Made by a program: the position numbers and the translations under genes
Assembly (NCBI GenBank): GCA_035269015.1
Contig: DATFJU010000027.1
Coordinates: forward strand, 1-62,000
Direction of reading: 5' to 3'
From: Patescibacteria group bacterium
GTDB taxonomy: Bacteria; Patescibacteriota; Patescibacteriia; Patescibacteriales; UBA12465
DNA: 62,000 bases
In this document: piece after piece, positions 48,526-56,030 of the stretch
Layout: each line of letters starts with the position of its first letter
Position numbering within the stretch: position 1 is the stretch's first letter
Notes under the pieces: model-generated
What the model saw: the letters and a program-made list of their open reading frames with translations, nothing else
Told to the model about the DNA's origin: nothing
Databases searched by the model: none

Positions 48526-49806
48526 TCAAGCTATGGAACATAATTGACAGTTAATTAATTGTAATTTAGTATCATCTAGATTGTTTTTGTTGTTCATTTT
48601 AGAATCAATGAAATTCATTAAAGCATTAATTTGTTCTCGCTTTTTTATCTTTCTAGCCTTGCTTAATCTAATACTTTGTTTCTTGAGATATTTTTGCCAT
48701 TTTTCAGTTATCTTTATTGCTTTTTCTGAATCTTGTTTCCATAATTTATAGAAATCCATTGGCGTCATCTGGGCTAAAGCTTGATGAGGTCTAAGGTAAT
48801 TATATATGTACTCTCTATAGTTAGTAGCCACTAGTTGATCTTTATAATAATTATAGATATTACCTCTATTATAGAATTCTACATCATCACTTAAATGAGA
48901 TCTTTCCACTCTAGGATTATTAGTAGGTGTAGAAATATTAGAATAAAACTGAAAGATATTTTGTTCTTGTAGATACCGGGAAAATTCTCCTTGGTTTTCT
49001 GAACCATTATCTACATTTATACAAGCTATATTAAAAGGCATTCTTTTCTGTGCCTCTTTAAAAGCTAGAGTAACTGTTTTACTTTTAAAATCTTCTGTTA
49101 TGTCTATAGTTCTAATACGGGTAAAAGAGTCTATGCAAGTATGTTGATAAAAGAAGTCTCTTTCTTTGTTATACTGTCTATTTTTACCTAATTTTGGTAT
49201 ATATTTCATATCTTTTTCTACTAGTGCTCCTGGAGATAAATCCTTTAATTTTTTAGGTGGTCTAAATTTAGCTTGTAGTGACGCCTCTCTAATTTTTTTA
49301 TTTTGCATAGCATTTGTATTTTTAAGTGATATCTTAGGATTAATCTTATTATGAAGATGTAGATATTTATTAATAGTGTTGTGATTTACTTTGATGTTAT
49401 GTTGATTTTTTAGGTAAGCTTTTATTTTATCTTTCCCCCAAAAATGATTATTTCTTATCTTTATTATTTTGTTTTCTATATTCTTATCTATTCTATTCCT
49501 GTTTCTAGTATTTTTTGACGCTTTAGATTTAGGCTCTAAACTTCTAGGATTTTTATTATTTCTTTCAAATTCTGACTTGATACTCGATAACCATTGTCTG
49601 GATATGCCAATCTTGTTAGCACTAACACTTATATTAGCTTCATGTTCATAATAGAGAATATACATCCATCTCAACCTCTTTTTAGCTTCTATAGATAGAT
49701 GATATTTGTATGGATTTAGTCTTAGTTGTGCCTTTGTTTGCATATGGTTAATTGAACTAATTTTTGTTTGTTTAATTAAACCATCTTTATTATTTTTCTT
49801 CAACAT
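48526..49806 (-). CDS. DDE transposase (HTH plus rve integrase core)
   Basis: 426 aa. HTH (ISVSANKIGISRQWLSSI). Integrase core with candidate D (EKDMKYI), D (NVDNGSEN) and E (PRVERSH), with ~35-aa D-to-E spacing. Confidence 0.85.
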   Translation of the reverse strand: MLKKNNKDGLIKQTKISSINHMQTKAQLRLNPYKYHLSIEAKKRLRWMYILYYEHEANISVSANKIGISRQWLSSIKSEFERNNKNPRSLEPKSKASKNTRNRNRIDKNIENKIIKIRNNHFWGKDKIKAYLKNQHNIKVNHNTINKYLHLHNKINPKISLKNTNAMQNKKIREASLQAKFRPPKKLKDLSPGALVEKDMKYIPKLGKNRQYNKERDFFYQHTCIDSFTRIRTIDITEDFKSKTVTLAFKEAQKRMPFNIACINVDNGSENQGEFSRYLQEQNIFQFYSNISTPTNNPRVERSHLSDDVEFYNRGNIYNYYKDQLVATNYREYIYNYLRPHQALAQMTPMDFYKLWKQDSEKAIKITEKWQKYLKKQSIRLSKARKIKKREQINALMNFIDSKMNNKNNLDDTKLQLINCQLCSIA

Positions 49807-49840
49807 ATTTGTACTGTTCTACTGTCAACTATAACATAGG
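48526..49840 (-). mobile_element. Insertion sequence, IS481/IS3-superfamily-like (single rve-type DDE transposase)
   Basis: Imperfect terminal inverted repeats: CTATGGAACATAATTGACAGT (48531..48551) and the reverse complement of 49821..49840 (CCTATGTTATAGTTGACAGT). Exact ends are uncertain and no clear target duplication was found. Confidence 0.65.
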
Positions 49841-49944
49841 AGAGTGCAATTTCTTTTAAGTCTTTTAAAAGTATGCTAAAATATAAGTAATTAAATATTT
49901 AAGCGACAAGTATAAAAAAATTAAAATTGTCGTAAAGCTATTTT

Positions 49945-51558
49945 ATGTTTGACTATTTACAACAATTTAACAAACTTCCCAAAGATTTAAGATCTAAAAT
50001 CTCTGAAAAGGGAATTATGTCAAAAATAAGTGAACTGGAGAAAAGATATCAGGTTAATTTAGCAGCTTTAGTTATGAAGGTAATGGTAAAACAGGTTCCA
50101 TATAAGAATATGGCTTTGTATTTAGCTGGAGAGAATGATCTTACTGAAAAAAAAGCGGAAGAATTAAGTAAAAAATTAAAAGAAACTGTATTTAAAGATG
50201 TTAGTGATTATTTAGATAGCAATAAAGGTGAAAATATAAATAATGAAAAAAAAGAAGATAATATAGATAAATTGAAAAAAATAGATAAAAAAGAAGATCC
50301 ACAAGAATTAATTAATCAGATTTCTAAAAAAGAGGATCATAATACTAAAATAGATAAAGCTACTAAAAATATTATTGATAAAGCGGATGTGAGTTTAAGT
50401 AGTAGTTATTTACACGGTAGGCTAAACATGGTTTTACGTACTTATATTAAAGGAGTACGAGATAAAATTTCTACTCGTAGTACTTTGTCTCGATCTGGAC
50501 AAGAAGGAGGGTTAAGTCTAGATGATGCTAGTATTGATAAGTTATTAAAGTTGGTGGATGAATATAAAAAAAGCCAAGAATCTAAGATTGAAAAACCTAA
50601 ACCTAAAATTAGTGAAGAGGCAGAAAAAAGAGATAAACTAGAATCTTTAAATGAAAGTTATAATTTAAAAGACTCATTAAAACTTAAAGATAAAGAAAAA
50701 GGTAATGAAGTAAATAGCAAGAAGAATAAAGCAGGAGATAAAGAGGTAGAAAAAAATAAAGATGATCTGTATAAAAAATTACACATTAAAAGAGAGATTG
50801 CTCCACCTCCTCCTGTTGTTAGCAAGGAAAAAGAACAATCAAAAATTTATAAAAAAGATGATAGTAAAGAAAGTACTGAAGTACAGCCTGAAAATAAAGA
50901 GACAGAAGTGAAAGATAATGAAAAACAACAAGCTGAAAAAGATATAGAAAAAAAAGAAGACGTGGACATGAAAAAATCTAAAGAGGTTCAAAATGAAAAT
51001 AAACAAGAGTTTATAAAACCTGAAGATAAAGATAGTCAAAAGCAGGCAGAAGAACAAAAGCATATAGATAGTAAGAAAAAAAGTTTTGCAGTAAATAATG
51101 TAAAGCGAGAAGAAGCAAGTAGTGATCTGAAAGATTCATCTCAAGAGACTAGAAAATCAACTTCAAGTCATTTAAGTCAAGCGCCTGTTAGTTCTGGCAA
51201 GAAGTCTATGCAAGATATTAAGGTAAGTCAACGTATCATGGGACCAATTGATGAGCTTAACTTCTTTAACTTGAAAAATTTTAGAAGATTGTCATCTGAT
51301 CCTCAAGAAGCTTTTGCTAAGATAAAAGAGAAAATTGATTTATTAAGTAAAGAATCATATGAGAAGGGTATTAAAGCTACTCAGGCTTGGAAAAAAAATC
51401 CTTTAAATAAATTATATCATCAGATTAGTATAGAAAGTATTAATCAGTCTAAACCTATTAGTGAAGTAATAAAACAAAGACAAGAAAAAAACAGAGATTA
51501 CTTAAGCAATGAAGAATTAAAGGCCTTAGTATCATTTAATAGGTCACTCATGTTTTAA
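49945..51558 (+). CDS. Hypothetical K/E-rich protein with structured N- and C-terminal ends
   Basis: 537-aa ORF with a long charged low-complexity centre. First gene after the IS, upstream of the PrgI-like gene. Confidence 0.6.
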   Translation: MFDYLQQFNKLPKDLRSKISEKGIMSKISELEKRYQVNLAALVMKVMVKQVPYKNMALYLAGENDLTEKKAEELSKKLKETVFKDVSDYLDSNKGENINNEKKEDNIDKLKKIDKKEDPQELINQISKKEDHNTKIDKATKNIIDKADVSLSSSYLHGRLNMVLRTYIKGVRDKISTRSTLSRSGQEGGLSLDDASIDKLLKLVDEYKKSQESKIEKPKPKISEEAEKRDKLESLNESYNLKDSLKLKDKEKGNEVNSKKNKAGDKEVEKNKDDLYKKLHIKREIAPPPPVVSKEKEQSKIYKKDDSKESTEVQPENKETEVKDNEKQQAEKDIEKKEDVDMKKSKEVQNENKQEFIKPEDKDSQKQAEEQKHIDSKKKSFAVNNVKREEASSDLKDSSQETRKSTSSHLSQAPVSSGKKSMQDIKVSQRIMGPIDELNFFNLKNFRRLSSDPQEAFAKIKEKIDLLSKESYEKGIKATQAWKKNPLNKLYHQISIESINQSKPISEVIKQRQEKNRDYLSNEELKALVSFNRSLMF

Positions 51559-51561
51559 TAT

Positions 51562-52014
51562 ATGCAACAATTTACAGTTCCACAATTTATTGAAGTTGAA
51601 GCTAAGGTTATTGGTCCTATCACAGCCAGACAGTTTTTAATCTTTATAGCAGCTGCAGTGCTTGGAGGTGTAGCTTATTTAGCTTTTGATTTTGAATTAT
51701 TTGTAGTAGTAGCTGTAATTTTAATTATTATTGCTGGTGCTTTTGCCTTTTTTAAAATTAATGGCAGACCTCTTCATTTCTTTGTGCTTAATTTAATTCA
51801 AACATTAAAGAAACCAGGACTTAGAGTTTGGAATCATAAGCTTGATAAGGACTTTGAAGAAGAGATTGTAAATATTGAGTATAAAGAAAAAATACCAAGA
51901 AAAGAATTTTATAACAAATCACGTTTAGCCGAGCTCTCTTTAGTGGTTGATACTAAAGGACAGTATCAAAGCACAGAAGATGAGCCCGGTGATATTCAAA
52001 TAGATTTAAATTAA
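51562..52014 (+). CDS. PrgI-family (VirB3-like) T4SS membrane protein
   Basis: N-terminus MQQFTVPQFIEVEAKVIGPITARQFLIF followed by two TM helices. This matches the PrgI family (PF12666) pattern from memory. Confidence 0.65.
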   Translation: MQQFTVPQFIEVEAKVIGPITARQFLIFIAAAVLGGVAYLAFDFELFVVVAVILIIIAGAFAFFKINGRPLHFFVLNLIQTLKKPGLRVWNHKLDKDFEEEIVNIEYKEKIPRKEFYNKSRLAELSLVVDTKGQYQSTEDEPGDIQIDLN

Positions 52015-52016
52015 TT

Positions 52017-52697
52017 ATGGCTAAAGATAAAAAAACAAGTAGCAAAGTTAGTCGTTCTACTCAAGAGTTTCTTGATATTGCTGAAATTAAAGATGATACC
52101 GTTATTATGAAAGATGGAACTTTAAGATCAGTGATATTAGTGTCTAGCATTAATTTTTCACTTAAAAGTGAAGACGAACAAAATGCTATTATTTCTTCTT
52201 ATGTGAGATTTTTAAATAATTTGGATTTTGTTTTTCAGATTGTAATTCAATCTAGAGAGTTAAATATTAATGGATATGTTGAGTATTTAGAAAAAAATGA
52301 AAAAGAACAGACTAACAAGCTTTTAAAAATGCAAACAGGGGAATATATTGAATATATTAAAGAACTTACTTCTATTGGTAAGATAATGAATAAACGTTTT
52401 TATGTAGTAGTTCCCTATAATCCACTTTCAGATAAAAGGAAAGGTTTTTTTAGTTCACTTAGAGAAGCTTTGAGTCCAGTTAAATCATTAAAATTACAAG
52501 AAAAGAAATTCCAAAAATATAAAACCATGTTAGCACGTCGTCTAGCAAGTGTTACAACTAATCTTGAGTCTATGGGCGTGAGTACGGTTAAACTAGATAC
52601 TCAAAGTTTAATAGAGTTGTATTATAAGACATATAATCCTGACACTGCTAAAAATCAAGAGTTAGCTGATGTTAGGAAATTGAGAGTAGATATTTAA
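52017..52697 (+). CDS. VirB4 N-terminal-domain-like protein (stand-alone, no ATPase domain)
   Basis: STQEFLDIAEIKDDTVIMKDGTLRSVILVSSINFSLKSEDEQNAIISSYVRFLNNLDFVFQIVIQS resembles the extreme N-terminus of Gram-positive VirB4/TraE-type ATPases. This is recollection and needs an HMM check. Confidence 0.45.
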   Translation: MAKDKKTSSKVSRSTQEFLDIAEIKDDTVIMKDGTLRSVILVSSINFSLKSEDEQNAIISSYVRFLNNLDFVFQIVIQSRELNINGYVEYLEKNEKEQTNKLLKMQTGEYIEYIKELTSIGKIMNKRFYVVVPYNPLSDKRKGFFSSLREALSPVKSLKLQEKKFQKYKTMLARRLASVTTNLESMGVSTVKLDTQSLIELYYKTYNPDTAKNQELADVRKLRVDI

Positions 52698-52720
52698 TAT
52701 TATTTGATTATAATTTTGTT

Positions 52721-54613
52721 ATGATAAATTTTCAGAAGAAAAACAAAAAAAAAGCTAAGAATCAAGAAGAACAGGAATTGCAAGAAGAAGAGGTGTCTAA
52801 AAAAAGTGAATTGAACCGGACTAAAGATATTATTGCTGATGAAAAATCTTTTCGTAGAGGTATTTTATCTGTTAGGGACTTAATTTCTCCAGCTAGCTTA
52901 AAGGTTGATAATACTTTTTTACGTTTAGGACAGCAATATGTTAGAACTGTCTTTGTTATTAGTTATCCTCGTTATATTAGTGTTGGATGGTTTGCTCCCA
53001 TAATTAATTTAAATGAGACATTTGATGTTTCCATGTTTTTCTATCCAGTAAAGAGCGCAGTTATTTTAAAACAATTAAAGAAAAGAGTGGGTGCTTTGGA
53101 AGCACAAATTATATCTGACTCTGAAAAAGGAGCAGCTAGAGATCCTATTAGAGAAACAGCTTTAAGAGATATTGAAGCCTTAAGAGATTCTTTAACTCAA
53201 GGTACAGAAAAGTTCTTTCAGTTTGCTCTTTACGTTACTTTGTATACTGAAAGTGAAGAAGAAATGAATAGGTTATCAGACCAGGTGGAAGATATATTTG
53301 GTTCGCGTTTAGTATATTCTCGTAGAGTTTTATATCAAGCTGAACAAGGTTTTAATTCTACTCTACCTTTAGGTAATGATGAACTTTATATTACTTTTAA
53401 CATGAATTCATCACCAGCAGCTTCTTCTTTTCCTTTTATTTCCAGTGAATTAACTAGTGATAGAGGAATACTTTATGGTATTAATAGGCACAACAATAGT
53501 TTAATATTATTTGATAGATTTAATTTGCAAAATGCTAATTCAGTGGTTTTTGCTAGCTCCGGTGCAGGTAAAAGTTATGCTATTAAGTTAGAAGTATTGC
53601 GGTCTTTAATGATGGGAACTGATGTTATTATTATTGACCCTGAATATGAATATAAACATTTATCTGATGCGGTTGGTGGTACTTATGTAAACATCTCCTT
53701 GTCCAGTGAAAATAAAATAAATCCCTTTGATTTGCCTAGAGCTATTGGCGGGGAAGCTAAACCTAAAGATATTATTAGAAGTGCAGTAATTACTTTAAAA
53801 GGTTTAGTAAGGTTAATGATTGGTGACTTAGATTATGATCAAGACTCAGTAGTAGATAGAGCTTTGCTTGAGACCTATGCTAAAAAAGATATTACAGCAG
53901 ATTCAGATTTATCTAATATTGAGCCTCCGATTATGTCTGATTTCCAGCAAGTGCTTGAAGGTATGGAGGGTGGTACTGAATTATCTTTAAGATTAAAGAA
54001 ATATACGGAAGGAACGTTTGCAGGTTTAATTAATAGTCCTACTAACGTAGAAATGAATAACCAGATGGTTTCTTTTTCTGTTCGTGACCTTGAAGATGAG
54101 TTAAGACCAATTGCTATTTATACTATTATTAATTATATTTGGAATATTGTTAGATCAGAAACAAAAAAGAGAATTTTGATTATTGATGAGGCCTGGTGGA
54201 TGATGCAAAGAGAAGACAGCGCTAAGTTTATCTTTGCTTTGGTAAAGAGATGTCGTAAATATTATTTAGGAGTTACCACTATTACTCAAGATGTTAATGA
54301 CTTTTTAACATCTCCTTATGGAAAAGCTATTGTTACTAATTCTTCTTTACAATTATTATTAAAACAATCACCTGCAGCTATAGATTTAGTACAAAAAACT
54401 TTTTTACTCACAGAGGGAGAAAAGTATTTATTACTTGAATCAGGTTTAGGAGAAGGAATATTTTTTGCAGGTAATAAACATGTTGCTATTAAAGTGGTAG
54501 CTTCATATAGTGAAGATCAATTAATAACTTCTGATCCTCGCCAGTTACTTGATATTGAGGAGTCTAAAAAAGAATTTGAGGAAGAGCAACTGGAAGGTGA
54601 TGATAATAAATAA
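52721..54613 (+). CDS. virB4: VirB4/TraC-type T4SS ATPase
   Basis: Walker A FASSGAGKSY and Walker B ILIIDEAWWMM. VirB4 N-domain block (GQQYVRTVFVISYPRYISVGWFAPI). C-terminal TQDVNDF block. Confidence 0.85.
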   Translation: MINFQKKNKKKAKNQEEQELQEEEVSKKSELNRTKDIIADEKSFRRGILSVRDLISPASLKVDNTFLRLGQQYVRTVFVISYPRYISVGWFAPIINLNETFDVSMFFYPVKSAVILKQLKKRVGALEAQIISDSEKGAARDPIRETALRDIEALRDSLTQGTEKFFQFALYVTLYTESEEEMNRLSDQVEDIFGSRLVYSRRVLYQAEQGFNSTLPLGNDELYITFNMNSSPAASSFPFISSELTSDRGILYGINRHNNSLILFDRFNLQNANSVVFASSGAGKSYAIKLEVLRSLMMGTDVIIIDPEYEYKHLSDAVGGTYVNISLSSENKINPFDLPRAIGGEAKPKDIIRSAVITLKGLVRLMIGDLDYDQDSVVDRALLETYAKKDITADSDLSNIEPPIMSDFQQVLEGMEGGTELSLRLKKYTEGTFAGLINSPTNVEMNNQMVSFSVRDLEDELRPIAIYTIINYIWNIVRSETKKRILIIDEAWWMMQREDSAKFIFALVKRCRKYYLGVTTITQDVNDFLTSPYGKAIVTNSSLQLLLKQSPAAIDLVQKTFLLTEGEKYLLLESGLGEGIFFAGNKHVAIKVVASYSEDQLITSDPRQLLDIEESKKEFEEEQLEGDDNK

Positions 54614-54618
54614 ATTAT

Positions 54619-55242
54619 ATGAATAAAAAAACAAAAATAACCATTGCTGTAGTAGTAATCTTATTAGTTTTAATTGGAGTCTTTTTAGTGCTTAATAATC
54701 TTAATAAAACAAATCCTGAAGTACCAAAAGATGCAAATAAAGAAACTGAAATTGAAACTGAAAATGAAATTAATGATGAAACTGAACCAGCACCTGAGAA
54801 TACCCAAATACCAGCTAATCAAGAAGAGCCAATGGTTTATCGTTTTGATGAAGAAGAAGAGGCACAAAGAGAAACAAGTAAAGAAGATTTAAAACAAATG
54901 GCCTTTGCTATTAGTGAACGTTTTGGTTCCTATTCAAATGAAGGTAATTTTGGCAATATTAATGATTTAAAAATATATATGACTGATTCAATGAAGTTGT
55001 GGGCAGACAATTATATTGAGGAGCAATCAGAAAAAGAATATATTGGTAATTATTATGGTATTACTACTACAGCCTTAGTAGGAGAGGTAACCGAGTTTAA
55101 TGATGATAGCGCTAGTGTGATAGTAACTACTAAAAGAAAAGAAGTAAAAGATCAACAAGAAAATGTTTATAATCAAGATATAATTATTAATTTTAATAAA
55201 GTAGGTGATGAGTATAAAGTTGATGACGCTTACTGGCAATAA
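54619..55242 (+). CDS. Bitopic membrane protein in the VirB8/PrgL position
   Basis: N-terminal TM anchor, an acidic linker, then a ~120-aa alpha+beta C-terminal domain ending ...VIVTTKRKEV...IIINFNKVGDEYKVDDAYWQ. An NTF2-like pattern is suspected. Confidence 0.4.
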   Translation: MNKKTKITIAVVVILLVLIGVFLVLNNLNKTNPEVPKDANKETEIETENEINDETEPAPENTQIPANQEEPMVYRFDEEEEAQRETSKEDLKQMAFAISERFGSYSNEGNFGNINDLKIYMTDSMKLWADNYIEEQSEKEYIGNYYGITTTALVGEVTEFNDDSASVIVTTKRKEVKDQQENVYNQDIIINFNKVGDEYKVDDAYWQ

Positions 55243-55243
55243 T

Positions 55244-56014
55244 ATGTTTAAATTTTTAAATAAAAACAATCCACCCACTAAAGCCTTTGTAACTTTTTCA
55301 TTGTTACTTTTATTTGTTTTCATACTTCTTTTGTTATACTTCATGGGTAGCTATGAAAAGAATCAAGATAGGATAAATATGGAGTCAGTGAGTGTGAATA
55401 GTTTTAACCCTATAGATATTTCTAATGATCCTTATATCACTTATTTTGGAGATCAAGAAGATAAAGAATTAAAACCTGTAATTACTAAGTATGATCCTAA
55501 TTATGGTCCTGAGGATGCAGAAGTTAATATAGTGTATTTTGGCGATTATACTTGCTCATATTGTTTAGAGCAAATTAATATGATAAAAGGAGTTATTGAT
55601 GACAGTAAGGGTATAAATTTAATTTGGAAAGATTATCCTGAAGATAAAATAAGTAGTAATTCTTGGCAGGGGGCTTTAGCAGGTAGATGTGCTCAATCAC
55701 AAAATAAGTTTTGGGAATTTTTAAATTCATATAGTTCTCAATATTCTACTTTCAGCACTCAAAGTGGCCTTAGCCAAAATCAGTTCAATAACTTTATTTT
55801 TGGTCTAGCAGAAGCTACGGATTTAAATATGAAGAAATTCAAGTCTTGTTATAATAATTTAGAACATAGTGATGTGTTAGCTAGCTCTATAGCTGAAGCT
55901 AGAGCACTAAAGCTTCCTGGAGTACCATATACTTATATAAATGACAGAGAACTGCTAGGAGAGTTTAATAGAGCGCTATTAATAGATGAGATTAAAAGAG
56001 CGTTAGATAGATAA
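55244..56014 (+). CDS. Membrane-anchored DsbA-like thiol:disulfide oxidoreductase (CSYC)
   Basis: TM anchor, active site YTCSYCLEQ, DsbA-like helical insert, cis-Pro region LPGVPYTYIN. The ATG at 55244 is preferred to 55205 because it begins 1 nt after the previous stop. Confidence 0.8.
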   Translation: MFKFLNKNNPPTKAFVTFSLLLLFVFILLLLYFMGSYEKNQDRINMESVSVNSFNPIDISNDPYITYFGDQEDKELKPVITKYDPNYGPEDAEVNIVYFGDYTCSYCLEQINMIKGVIDDSKGINLIWKDYPEDKISSNSWQGALAGRCAQSQNKFWEFLNSYSSQYSTFSTQSGLSQNQFNNFIFGLAEATDLNMKKFKSCYNNLEHSDVLASSIAEARALKLPGVPYTYINDRELLGEFNRALLIDEIKRALDR

Positions 56015-56030
56015 TAAGCACTTAATATAT

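Noticed and set aside
49166-49651. Short + strand ORFs (49166..49354 and 49469..49651) inside the IS element.
   Set aside because: They are antisense to the intact transposase gene, encode hydrophobic low-complexity products, and have no independent signals.
34805-56014. Interpreting the T4SS-like block as an integrative conjugative element or plasmid remnant.
   Set aside because: I found no relaxase, coupling protein, integrase or recombinase, replication genes, or flanking direct repeats or tRNA at the borders. Composition matches the surrounding chromosome by eye. It is kept as an alternative to test, not as the preferred reading.
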